Virus record (IMG/VR): IMGVR_UViG_3300045988_020566
Reading direction: 5' to 3' (one strand)
From: a virus
Length of the DNA stretch: 42,525 nt
In this document: piece by piece, positions 15,820 through 24,310 of the stretch
Layout: the number at the start of each line of letters is the position of its first letter
How positions within the stretch are numbered: position 1 is the first letter of the stretch
Notes under the pieces: model-generated
What the model was told of the DNA's origin: nothing
Seen by the model: only the letters and a program-made list of their open reading frames with translations
The model's database searches: none
Position numbers and translations under genes: made by a program

Positions 15820-16463
15820 TTAACTTTGAAAATCTCGACAAGTTTACATTCCCCGGCGTGGGCAAGTACGGCATCCCGCAGATTGAGCCGGTCAAGGCGT
15901 ATCCAAACGGGGAGTTTATCCCTGTGAATTACCATTACACGGCGAAGGACACGAAAAGCAAGATCGTGCATTTCTTTGTGGACGATTATCAATTCATCCG
16001 ATACTGGAACGCGCCGGACAAATACATTCCGAAACTGTCGCAATTTGCGGCGGTGTGCGCGCCTGACTTCTCCACATACACGGATATGCCGTTGGCGATG
16101 CAGATATACAATCATTACCGCAAGCACTGGTTGGCGGCGTATTGGCAAATGCACGGCATGATGGTCTATCCAACGATCTCATGGAGCGACGAGAACAGTT
16201 ACGATTGGTGCTTTGACGGTGAGCCAGTCGGCGGAATAGTTGCGGTTAGTTCGGTAGGTACACAGCAGAACAAGGAAAGCAAGCGGCTGTTTCTGCGCGG
16301 CTACGAGGAAATGATGAAGAGGCTTTCGCCGGAATGGGTGATATTCTACGGAAAAGTGCCGGAAGAATGCGACTGGAATGTAATCCGCGTGAAGCCGCAT
16401 TATGACGAGATTGTGAAACGGAGGAAAGCAAATGAAATATCCGTTTCAGCCGGAAGTCCTTGA
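15804..16463 (+). CDS. DUF4417-like protein
   Basis: HFFVDDYQFIRYWNAPDKY...FSTYTDMPLAMQIYNHYRKHWLAAYWQ matches my memory of DUF4417. Embedded in the head module. Confidence 0.65.
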   Translation: MASGMINFENLDKFTFPGVGKYGIPQIEPVKAYPNGEFIPVNYHYTAKDTKSKIVHFFVDDYQFIRYWNAPDKYIPKLSQFAAVCAPDFSTYTDMPLAMQIYNHYRKHWLAAYWQMHGMMVYPTISWSDENSYDWCFDGEPVGGIVAVSSVGTQQNKESKRLFLRGYEEMMKRLSPEWVIFYGKVPEECDWNVIRVKPHYDEIVKRRKANEISVSAGSP

Positions 16464-17604
16464 CGAACTCCCGGAAGAACTGGCAGAGCTGTTCCGGTCT
16501 CTTGAAGATACGCTGCTTGACGAGATATGCAGCCGTTTGAAGCTGGCAGATCAGCTCAACGAAGTCACGGTACAGAATATTCGGGCGCTGCGGTCGCACG
16601 GCATCGACCTTAAGGACATTGAAGAGGCAATCCGAAAGACCTCTGGCATCAGCGAAAAAAAGTTGCAAGAGCTGCTTGACGATGTAGTAGAGCGGAATCA
16701 GAAGTATTACACCGACCTTATCGACCTTACCCATATAACGCAGCCGGAAACGCTGGTGAGCATTGAGGACACCTGGGCAATATACGAGCAGACGAAGCAG
16801 ACCATGCGCAACCTTACGCGGTCTATGGGCTTTCTGGTGGACGCTGGGCGGACGATGCTTCCCCCTGCAAAAGCGTATCAATGGGCTTTAGACAATGCCA
16901 CAATGCAAATTCAGAGCGGCGCTATCAGCTACAATCAGGCTATCAAATCGGCGGTGCGTCAGTTGGCGCAAAGCGGGTTGAAAGTCGTAGATTATGAGAG
17001 CGGACACCGTGACCAGATCGACGTAGCCGCCCGCCGCGCAGTTATGACGGCGGTAAATCAAATTTGCGCAAAGTATACGGAGCAGTCCGCCAAATGGCTG
17101 GAAACGCCATATTTCGAGGTTTCCGCTCATGCGGGCGCACGCGATAAGCCGGGGCAGTCACCGTGGTCATCTCACAAGGCGTGGCAAGGCCGTGTGTATT
17201 CAGTTCGTAGCGGGGATATTTACCAGAATATCTACGAGGTATGCGGGCTTGGCGCGGTCGATGGGCTTGAGGGCGCAAACTGCCGCCATAAGCGCAGCGT
17301 CTGGGTTGAGGGTGTGTCAGAACGCACTTACACCGATGAGCAGCTTGAGCGTATCGACGATGGACTCGGCTGCACCTTTGAGGGCAAGACATACACGGCG
17401 TATGAAGCAACACAGATGCAACGGCGTGTTGAGCGCCAGATTATCAAGCAGGACAGGCTTGTAACAGCGTATAAGGCAAGCGAGCAAAAGGACGAATATT
17501 ATGCCGCAGAAGCGAAACTTGTAAGACTGATCGCCAAATATAAGGCTTTTAGTGCAGCGGCGGGGTTGCCGCTGCAACGGGAAAGGACAAAGGTGCTGTA
17601 TTGA
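16432..17604 (+). CDS. minor capsid / head-morphogenesis protein (MuF / SPP1 gp7-like)
   Basis: 390 aa in the standard position after the portal. Motif SAHAGARDKPGQSPWSSHKAWQGRVYS...GANCRH. Confidence 0.75.
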   Translation: MKYPFQPEVLDELPEELAELFRSLEDTLLDEICSRLKLADQLNEVTVQNIRALRSHGIDLKDIEEAIRKTSGISEKKLQELLDDVVERNQKYYTDLIDLTHITQPETLVSIEDTWAIYEQTKQTMRNLTRSMGFLVDAGRTMLPPAKAYQWALDNATMQIQSGAISYNQAIKSAVRQLAQSGLKVVDYESGHRDQIDVAARRAVMTAVNQICAKYTEQSAKWLETPYFEVSAHAGARDKPGQSPWSSHKAWQGRVYSVRSGDIYQNIYEVCGLGAVDGLEGANCRHKRSVWVEGVSERTYTDEQLERIDDGLGCTFEGKTYTAYEATQMQRRVERQIIKQDRLVTAYKASEQKDEYYAAEAKLVRLIAKYKAFSAAAGLPLQRERTKVLY

Positions 17605-17738
17605 ACTGGGAAGAAGTCAAAAAGGCAATCGATGCAATTTTAAAGCGCGGTAACGATGTGGAAATTCGCCGCAAAGAAGACGGGTACATCGTTTTAGAGG
17701 TCAAGAAGACAATCAAATACAGCACTTCCGCGCAATAG
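17601..17738 (+). CDS. 45-aa hypothetical protein
   Basis: TTG start overlapping the MuF stop. Hand-translated LNWEEVKKAIDAILKRGNDVEIRRKEDGYIVLEVKK.... Followed by a terminator. Confidence 0.35.
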   Translation: MNWEEVKKAIDAILKRGNDVEIRRKEDGYIVLEVKKTIKYSTSAQ

Positions 17739-17758
17739 GGCGCGGGAAAGGGCAATAG

Positions 17759-17806
17759 GAGCCGAACGGTACGCGGATTTTGCGTGTTGTTCGGCTCTTT
17801 TGTTTT
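17759..17806 (+). terminator. rho-independent terminator
   Basis: A 9-bp stem gagccgaac/gttcggctc followed by ttttgtttt. Confidence 0.7.
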
Positions 17807-17819
17807 AGGAGGGCTAAAT

Positions 17820-18482
17820 ATGGCAGAAGAAAATGGAGTTTGGCGCACAATCAGTGGGCGGCGCGTTTTCATTCGAGACGGACAGAGCCTAACGGACGCG
17901 ATGCGAGAAAGCGGGAAGTTTGACCGCGAGGAAACTGGCGGCGCGGGGCACATTGACGAGGGGGATTTGTATGAGGCGCTTGAAAATCTGCCAGACGACG
18001 AGGCTGAAAAGCTAATCCAGTCAATTAGGTACTACACAGATGATTATACGTGGTCGCTCGAAACGAAAGAAGAAGTCCAAAACATCAACAAAGCCATAGA
18101 AGAAGCAAAGTCCGTTCACTGGAACGATGGCGAGCTTTATCGTGGAATTAACGTTGATTCGGATTTTTTGGAAAGTCTCAAAGAGGGAGACGTGATCGAA
18201 ACAGGGCTCCCCAGTTCTTGGAGTTCGGACGCTTCGGTTGCAGTCGAATTTGCGTCCGGACAGCATTTAGAATCTTCAAATGGCACAAGCGCTGTTCTGG
18301 TTGACACTACAAGCGGGGCAAGAAACGCAATATCAATTCGAGATTTTTCCAGATACCCAGATGAGCAGGAAGTTTTATATAGCGGTAACTCTTCTTTCCG
18401 AGTAGTCGGCTTCCGCGAAGAAGAGAATCCAGCTGATGGGAGCACTATTTACATGGTTGAAGTTGAGGAGGTCAGAAAATGA
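17820..18482 (+). CDS. mono-ADP-ribosyltransferase toxin-like protein (R-S-ExE type)
   Basis: AGGAGGG SD. Motifs ELYRG (Arg), SSWSS (STS-like) and DEQEVLY (ExE). The N-terminus GVWRTISGRRVFIRDG is like the pre-toxin linker of MuF toxins. Confidence 0.75.
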   Translation: MAEENGVWRTISGRRVFIRDGQSLTDAMRESGKFDREETGGAGHIDEGDLYEALENLPDDEAEKLIQSIRYYTDDYTWSLETKEEVQNINKAIEEAKSVHWNDGELYRGINVDSDFLESLKEGDVIETGLPSSWSSDASVAVEFASGQHLESSNGTSAVLVDTTSGARNAISIRDFSRYPDEQEVLYSGNSSFRVVGFREEENPADGSTIYMVEVEEVRK

Positions 18483-18628
18483 AAAGCGAGAATGGAATTA
18501 CATTGCAGCGAAAATGGGAATCAAAATTCAATGCTGTTTCTGTGAAAAAGAGTTTGCAAACCAGGCTTAAAACACAAATGCAGAAAAACGCTGTGGCAAA
18601 AAAACGCAGTGGAAATAAAGGAGAATAA
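18479..18628 (+). CDS. 49-aa basic peptide
   Basis: ATGA overlap with the ART stop. Hand-translated MKSENGITLQRKWESKF...KKRSGNKGE. Weak evidence. Confidence 0.3.
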   Translation: MKSENGITLQRKWESKFNAVSVKKSLQTRLKTQMQKNAVAKKRSGNKGE

Positions 18629-18631
18629 AAA

Positions 18632-19129
18632 ATGGCAGACGAAATCATTACTTTTGATGAAATACTGGCTGACCCCACCTATAAGGCGGAGTTTGACAGG
18701 CGAATCACAAAGGCACTTTCGACTGTTCAGAGCAAGCTGGACGCGGAAGTGGAGAAGAATAAGCAGTTTGCGGCAAGTGGAAACGCGGAAGTGGAAGCGC
18801 TCAAAAAGGAAATCGATGGTTATAAATCCAAGATTGCCGATTATGACTACGCAGATGTGATCCGCAAAACGCTTGCTGAAAAGGGCGTAAAATTCAGCTC
18901 TAAAGCTGCAGAAAAGGCGTATTTGGCAGACCTAAAAGCAAAACACCTTGAAATCAAGGACGGGGCGCTTGATGGGTTTGACGAATGGCACAAGGCGCAA
19001 GTCAGCGCCGATCCGTCCGCGTTCCAAGACGGCGTAAAAATCGACTGGTCTGCCGCTGTTGGCGGCGGCGAAAAGAAAACAGATACCAATGCCGCGATGA
19101 ACAATCTGATTCGCAGCGCACTGAAATAA
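18632..19129 (+). CDS. capsid scaffolding protein
   Basis: 165-aa helical, charged ORF directly upstream of the major capsid gene. SD aaaggag. Confidence 0.75.
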   Translation: MADEIITFDEILADPTYKAEFDRRITKALSTVQSKLDAEVEKNKQFAASGNAEVEALKKEIDGYKSKIADYDYADVIRKTLAEKGVKFSSKAAEKAYLADLKAKHLEIKDGALDGFDEWHKAQVSADPSAFQDGVKIDWSAAVGGGEKKTDTNAAMNNLIRSALK

Positions 19130-19145
19130 AAAAGGAGAATCAAAA

Positions 19146-20360
19146 ATGGCAACTATTGATCGTTCCGCACTTTCCGGACTTATTCCGGAACCCGTAACCC
19201 GCGAGATCATGCAGGGCGCTATCGCCGAATCTGCTGTCCTTCGTATGGGCCGCAGGCTGGCGAATATGTCCAGCAAGACGCAGACCATTAACGTGCTTGA
19301 CGCACTTCCTTCTGCATACTTCGTGAACGGCGAGGCCACCGACAGTGGCGCAGGTGAGGCATTCAAGCAGACCACCAAGATGGCGTGGGACAAGAAGAAG
19401 CTGTATGCCGAGGAAATCGCGGTTATTGTCCCCATTCCTGAGGCTGCACTCGATGATGCGGACTATGACATTTGGGGCGAGGTCAAGCCCCGCCTGACCG
19501 AGGCTTTCGGCAAGGTCATTGACGCCGCTATTCTGTTTGGCACGAACAAACCCGGCACTTGGCGCGATGGCGTTGTGCCTACCGCTATTGCCGCTGGCAA
19601 CGGCGTTCCCGTCAGTTCTGATGTTTACGCCGACATCATGGGCGATGGCGGCCTGATTTCCAAGGTTGAGTTGGACGGTTTCAACCCCAACGGCGTTATG
19701 TCCGCTATCCAGATGCGCGGTAAGCTGCGCGGCCTTCGCGACACTTCCGGTCAGCCTATTTTCAAGACCGATATGCAGGGCGCTACCCGCTATGGTCTTG
19801 ACGGCATGGATATGTACTTCCCCATGAACGGCGCGTTTGACCCCGCACAGGCTCAGATGATCGTCGGCGATTGGAGCCAGCTTGTCTATGCCATTCGCCA
19901 GGACATGACTTTCAAGATCTTCACTGAGGGCGTTATTCAGGATCCTGCGACCAAGGCAATCACCTACAACCTCATGCAGAACGATATGGTCGCGCTTCGT
20001 GCCGTCATGCGTCTCGGCTGGGAGATCGCGAACCCCATCAACGCCTACAATGCGGAAAAGGCGAACCCGTTCCCCTTCTCCGTTTACGGAAAGGGCGGCG
20101 CTATTTCCACCGTTACCGTTACTCCCGCTACCGCAACCGTAAAGAAGGGAGAGAGCAAGCTGTTTACCGCCAAGGTTGAGGGAGAGGGCATCATCAATGG
20201 CGATGTCGAATGGTCTCAGGACGGAACGAAGAGCAAGATCAGCGATGAGGGCGTTCTGACCGTTTCCGCTACCGAAACCAAGAGCAGCATCACCGTTACC
20301 GCAAAGTCTAAGCAGGACGGCGCAAAGACCGGCACTGCCACCGTTACCGTCTCTGCCTGA
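19146..20360 (+). CDS. major capsid protein (HK97 fold family) with C-terminal Ig-like (Big_2-type) domain
   Basis: 404 aa with SD aaaggag. Typical start MATIDRSALSGLIPEPVTREI. The C-terminal ~85 aa, VTVTPATATVKKGESKLFTAKVEG...TATVTV, looks like Big_2. Confidence 0.9.
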   Translation: MATIDRSALSGLIPEPVTREIMQGAIAESAVLRMGRRLANMSSKTQTINVLDALPSAYFVNGEATDSGAGEAFKQTTKMAWDKKKLYAEEIAVIVPIPEAALDDADYDIWGEVKPRLTEAFGKVIDAAILFGTNKPGTWRDGVVPTAIAAGNGVPVSSDVYADIMGDGGLISKVELDGFNPNGVMSAIQMRGKLRGLRDTSGQPIFKTDMQGATRYGLDGMDMYFPMNGAFDPAQAQMIVGDWSQLVYAIRQDMTFKIFTEGVIQDPATKAITYNLMQNDMVALRAVMRLGWEIANPINAYNAEKANPFPFSVYGKGGAISTVTVTPATATVKKGESKLFTAKVEGEGIINGDVEWSQDGTKSKISDEGVLTVSATETKSSITVTAKSKQDGAKTGTATVTVSA

Positions 20361-20380
20361 TTTGAAAGGAGCTGACCCGC

Positions 20381-20818
20381 ATGACTTACGCAGACTTTGA
20401 ATACTATTCCGGCACTTACATGGGCGCCGTGAGCGAAAACGACTTTCCGCGTCTTGTTGTCCGCGCCAGCTCCTTCCTCGATTACTACACGCGCAACAGG
20501 GCAAAAGACCATGCCGATCTGGAAGCGGTAAAGATGTGCTGCTGTGCACTTGTGGACAAGTATGCAGTCATCGAGTCGGCGCAGGCGCTTGCCATGAAAA
20601 ACCTTGCAAACGCCGCGGCAAATGACGCAGAAGTCAAAAGCGAGACGGTAGGCGGCTACTCCCGCACCCTTGCGACCGGCGGAGAATCTGCCTTGTCTGC
20701 GCTAAATGCGACAGACGGCGCGAAGAAACTGCTTGCGGGAACGTGCATGGAATATCTTGCACATACCGGGCTACTGTATCGCGGAGGTGGTTGTAGATGT
20801 ACGCTCCCCACACTGTAA
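20381..20818 (+). CDS. head-tail connector/adaptor protein
   Basis: First gene after the capsid gene. 145 aa. Called on position and size. Confidence 0.55.
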   Translation: MTYADFEYYSGTYMGAVSENDFPRLVVRASSFLDYYTRNRAKDHADLEAVKMCCCALVDKYAVIESAQALAMKNLANAAANDAEVKSETVGGYSRTLATGGESALSALNATDGAKKLLAGTCMEYLAHTGLLYRGGGCRCTLPTL

Positions 20819-21246
20819 CGATTTACAACATCGTGCAGGAGCTTGACCCGGCAACTCTTGATGAGGTCGAAAAGGTCTATACCACAATCCTGCGTGGCGT
20901 GATGCTGCAAGCGTCGAAGGGCGTGAACGTGCGCGAAAGCGGCCTTGAGAGCGCGGACGCTGTAAATCTGTATATCCCGTTTACGGTGGAAGCCGTGGAC
21001 GGGGTAACAGGGAAGCCGAAAACTTACATCGGGCCGCAATCGTTTTTCAAAGCGACGGACAAATCCGACCTGTGGACGCTCTCATACAAAGGAAACGGTG
21101 GCATGACGTGCTTTGTGAAAGGCGAATTCGTTTCGGACGACATGACCGTCGTACTGAGCCATGACGATTGCTACAACGTGACCAAGGTTGATGCGATGGA
21201 CTACGGTAGCCCCGATATGCAGCACTGGGAAGTCGGAGGCGCGTAA
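20797..21246 (+). CDS. head-closure-like protein
   Basis: 149-aa ORF, second gene of the four-gene head-tail joining block. Positional call. Confidence 0.45.
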   Translation: MYAPHTVTIYNIVQELDPATLDEVEKVYTTILRGVMLQASKGVNVRESGLESADAVNLYIPFTVEAVDGVTGKPKTYIGPQSFFKATDKSDLWTLSYKGNGGMTCFVKGEFVSDDMTVVLSHDDCYNVTKVDAMDYGSPDMQHWEVGGA

Positions 21247-21671
21247 TGGGCATCAAGTTTTCCGTGCATACCGATGGAATGGGCGCTGCAAGGACTGTCA
21301 TTGCAAAGGCTTGTACGCGCGCTGAGCACGTTTTAGCCGAGCAGATGGAGAAAGACACGCAGCCTTTTGTGCCGTCCTCTGGAGCTGCCGCAGGGCTTAT
21401 GAACAGGACGCGTGTCATCGGAAACAGTATTGTATATCCGGGACCTTCTGCCCGATACCTCTACCGCGGAAAGCTGATGGTAGACCCTGAAACTGGCAGC
21501 TCTTGGGTGCGAAAAGGCGAACACAAGGTAGTGACAGATCGGAATTTGGTGTTCAGAACAGATGTTAATCCCCAAGCACAAGCCCATTGGTGCGAAGCAT
21601 CGAAAGCACAAAATCTTGACAAGTGGTTGCGCGTGGCAGAAAAGGCGGTGAAGAAGTACGGAACAGGTTAA
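21246..21671 (+). CDS. tail-completion / minor capsid-family protein
   Basis: 141 aa. Pattern DTQPFVPSSGAAAGLMNRT...YPGPSARYLYRGKLMVDPETGS resembles the phage minor-capsid/HK97 gp10-like families. Confidence 0.5.
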   Translation: MGIKFSVHTDGMGAARTVIAKACTRAEHVLAEQMEKDTQPFVPSSGAAAGLMNRTRVIGNSIVYPGPSARYLYRGKLMVDPETGSSWVRKGEHKVVTDRNLVFRTDVNPQAQAHWCEASKAQNLDKWLRVAEKAVKKYGTG

Positions 21672-21756
21672 AAAGACAGTCTCGGCAGCGGAAGAAGATC
21701 AAGTTTCCCGAAAGCTGCTTGCGTGGTTAAACACGTTTCCTGACAAGCCGGTCGAT

Positions 21757-22125
21757 TTGATTCGGTTCGAATTTCTTCCCGCCGATGCTGCGGCGATGGC
21801 GCTGTCTACGATTCAGGCGGCATACATCGTACAAAAATACATCCTCGGTGGATATCAGGCGGAATACCAATTTAAGGTCATCTACCGAATGAAACCGGGG
21901 AATAGCAACGACAAACGGCTCAAAGCCGATGAAATGCTTAATGCTCTTGGAGACTGGGCGGAATTATTCGGAGGCGTGAACAATGACCCATTTATTGGCG
22001 AAGGAAAGCGCGTCATTCGCATTGAGCCGACAACGCGGTCCTCTCTTTTTGCCGTTTATGAGAATGGCGACGAGGATCACCAAATCCTTATGAAAATGAA
22101 CTACGAGGTGATTAAAAATGGCTGA
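21757..22125 (+). CDS. tail-terminator-like protein (start uncertain)
   Basis: ORF with a TTG start at 21757. The same frame is open from 21652 and encodes protein-like sequence (KLLAWLNTFPDKPVD) but has no ATG, GTG or TTG there. Confidence 0.5.
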   Translation: MIRFEFLPADAAAMALSTIQAAYIVQKYILGGYQAEYQFKVIYRMKPGNSNDKRLKADEMLNALGDWAELFGGVNNDPFIGEGKRVIRIEPTTRSSLFAVYENGDEDHQILMKMNYEVIKNG

Positions 22126-22642
22126 TATGACCTTTAACACCACGGCGGGGCAGACCGTAGATCGCGAACTTCTGATCGCGTATCTCAATACGGGCGAAGC
22201 CGGAACCCCCACGTGGTCTCCCATCGGTACGCGCGTCACAGATTCCAGCATGGAATACGACTGGCAGGAGGATTCCTCGAAGGATATTCTTGGCACGACG
22301 CGCACGACCATGAAGAAACCCATCATCACGCAGACCTTTGACCCGTCTGATCTGGACGCTGGGGATCCTGCCATCGTCAAGGTTTGGAATCTCGCGGTCA
22401 AGGAGCAGAACGCGGCGGCGCTGGCGAATCAGGACGTGCTGATTGTCCACGCCTATGCAGGCACGGCAAAGACCGCAGTATTTGCGGAGCGCTATTCGTC
22501 CTGCATGGTCAAGCCCTCTTCCCTCGGCGGCGAGGGTGGCGGCTTTATCGGTATGCCAATCGACGTGACGCTTGGCGGCACGCGCACGGTCGGCACTGCC
22601 GCTATCTCTGGCAATACGGTTACGTTTACCGAGGGCGAATAA
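22118..22642 (+). CDS. major tail protein
   Basis: 174 aa. Start MADMTFNTTAGQTVDRELLIAYLNTG...WSPIG is typical of siphovirus major tail proteins. Followed by a terminator and chaperone genes. Confidence 0.8.
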   Translation: MADMTFNTTAGQTVDRELLIAYLNTGEAGTPTWSPIGTRVTDSSMEYDWQEDSSKDILGTTRTTMKKPIITQTFDPSDLDAGDPAIVKVWNLAVKEQNAAALANQDVLIVHAYAGTAKTAVFAERYSSCMVKPSSLGGEGGGFIGMPIDVTLGGTRTVGTAAISGNTVTFTEGE

Positions 22643-22648
22643 ACCATA

Positions 22649-22677
22649 GAGGGCTGGCATCTGTCAGCCCTCATTTT
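22649..22677 (+). terminator. rho-independent terminator after major tail gene
   Basis: An 8-bp stem gagggctg/cagccctc followed by atttt. Confidence 0.6.
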
Positions 22678-22687
22678 GGAGGAATAT

Positions 22688-23119
22688 ATGGAACTTACTT
22701 TTGATTCCGGTGTAAAGGAATATACCATTCGCGGCGTGAATGGCATCGTGACGGTGTACTTTAACCCTGCGGATGTCAACTTCGCAAAGAAAGCATACAA
22801 AACGTTTGATGATCTGCGCAAGAAGCAGGAGACCCGTGCAAAGACGCTTGAAAAGGATATCCCCGATGATGAGCTTTTCGACATGGTTGATTCTCTTGAC
22901 AAGGAAATGCGCAGCATCATCAATGACCTGTTCGGACAGGACATTGCCGATACGCTTTTTGGCAGCGTCAACGCCTATTCCGCGGCCAACGGTGCGCCGG
23001 TTTGGCAGAACTTTATGACCGCCATCATCGAGCAGTTTGATAAGGCAGTAAAGCGCGAACAGGCGCTTGCCGATGAGAAAATCCGAAAGTACACACAGAA
23101 ATACAAAAATGATGTATGA
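22688..23119 (+). CDS. tail assembly chaperone
   Basis: GGAGG SD. A 143-aa acidic helical protein between the major tail protein and the tape measure. Confidence 0.7.
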   Translation: MELTFDSGVKEYTIRGVNGIVTVYFNPADVNFAKKAYKTFDDLRKKQETRAKTLEKDIPDDELFDMVDSLDKEMRSIINDLFGQDIADTLFGSVNAYSAANGAPVWQNFMTAIIEQFDKAVKREQALADEKIRKYTQKYKNDV

Positions 23120-23678
23120 ACTTCCGACGTCGCTGAACGTTTGCGGCGTTGAGTATGCTATCCGCTCGGACTATCGTGCGGTGTTGGACGTGCTTTCGGT
23201 CTTTTCTGCGGTCGATTTGGACAACGGGCAAAAGGTTCTGGCTGCTCTGGATATTTTCTATCCCGATTTTTTGCAAATGCCGGACGAGCATATCCCTGAT
23301 GCGGTGAAGCAAATGACATGGTTTCTTGACTGTGGCGACGAGGGAGATAACCGGAAACGCCCAAAGCTGATGGATTGGGAACAAGACTTTCAATACATTG
23401 TGGCTCCCATCAACCGTGTTGTGGGACATGAAGTACGCGCAATGCCTTATTTCCATTGGTGGTCATTCGTCTCGGCGTACTACGAAATCGGGGATTGCTT
23501 GTTTGCAAACATTGTGCGAATCCGCAATTTGAAAGCAAAAGGAAAAACGCTCGACAAGTCGGATCGAGAATTTTACCGAGAAAACAGGCGGCTTGTCGAT
23601 CTAAAGAAGCCGATGACAGAAGAAGAAAACGCCACGATTAATGCGTGGTTGGGCAAAAAAACGCCCGACGCAAACTAG
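23109..23678 (+). CDS. Gp15-like tail assembly protein (second chaperone ORF)
   Basis: Starts MMYELPTSLNVCGVEYAIRSDYRAVLDV.... No SD. Overlaps the chaperone's 3' end in the +1 frame across an A5 run. Confidence 0.6.
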   Translation: MMYELPTSLNVCGVEYAIRSDYRAVLDVLSVFSAVDLDNGQKVLAALDIFYPDFLQMPDEHIPDAVKQMTWFLDCGDEGDNRKRPKLMDWEQDFQYIVAPINRVVGHEVRAMPYFHWWSFVSAYYEIGDCLFANIVRIRNLKAKGKTLDKSDREFYRENRRLVDLKKPMTEEENATINAWLGKKTPDAN

Positions 23679-23694
23679 CATCGAGCGAAGGTGG

Positions 23695-24273
23695 TTACTT
23701 GTTTGCAATGAATGTGATTTCGTTTCCAGACCAAAAGTCAGGAGTAAAGCGAATTTCAATTTCTTTCCAGTCTTTGGGGACTTCGTATCCGACAACGCCG
23801 GTCATTTTCTTACCGGCAGCAACGGCTCCGTCTAACTGGGTTTTATCGGTTGCGATGGTGGCCGAAATGCTCAGGTTTGTCGAGTAGTCATCAACATAGG
23901 CGTTGAACGATGCGATAGAGCTAACGGCAATATCTTTATCCGACTGGTTATCAATGGAGAATTCGCAAAGAAGAAACACATTACCATCATCAGGCGTGTT
24001 GAACTGCAATCCATTGCTTTCGGTGTAAGAATCAAACTTTACACTGATTCCGTTTAGCTCGGCGGTTTCTCCAACGCTAAATGTTTGTTTCTCCGCGCCA
24101 GAATCATCGCCCATGCCGTTTAATGCGGCGGCAATCATGCAAATGCCGAAAATAGCAATGATAATCCCCAATACTGGGTGGCGCTTTTTCTGCTTGGCTC
24201 CACACTGCGGGCAAGTGGTAGCGGATTTTGCGATAGATGCCCCGCATACCTTGCAAGTAGTCATCTTATCCAT
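23695..24273 (-). CDS. zinc-ribbon / TM / DUF4352-domain membrane protein (reverse-strand moron)
   Basis: AGGAGG SD. N-terminal CKVCG...CPQCG, TM helix VLGIIIAIFGICMIAAAL, then a DUF4352-like beta domain (VKFDSY...FLLCEFSIDNQSDKD...GYEVPKDWKEIEI). Confidence 0.8.
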   Translation of the reverse strand: MDKMTTCKVCGASIAKSATTCPQCGAKQKKRHPVLGIIIAIFGICMIAAALNGMGDDSGAEKQTFSVGETAELNGISVKFDSYTESNGLQFNTPDDGNVFLLCEFSIDNQSDKDIAVSSIASFNAYVDDYSTNLSISATIATDKTQLDGAVAAGKKMTGVVGYEVPKDWKEIEIRFTPDFWSGNEITFIANK

Positions 24274-24310
24274 TTTTCATTCCTCCTTGCCATTATTTAT
24301 GGCTTCTTGG

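Noticed and set aside
19140-20549. 469-aa minus-strand ORF opposite the major capsid gene
   Set aside because: It is antisense to an unmistakable capsid gene, its translation is low-complexity (G/A/R/L-rich), and it has no SD. This is typical of spurious ORFs in GC-rich DNA. The same reasoning applies to 36252-37091(-), 5694-6326(-), 33074-33715(-), 31022-32054(-) and similar entries in the track.
22688-23678. Canonical -1 programmed frameshift (G/GT) joining the two tail chaperone ORFs
   Set aside because: The downstream ORF is in the +1 frame, not the -1 frame, relative to the upstream one. No XXXYYYZ heptamer is present. Only a speculative +1 slip on an A5 run remains; it is listed as a low-interest finding.
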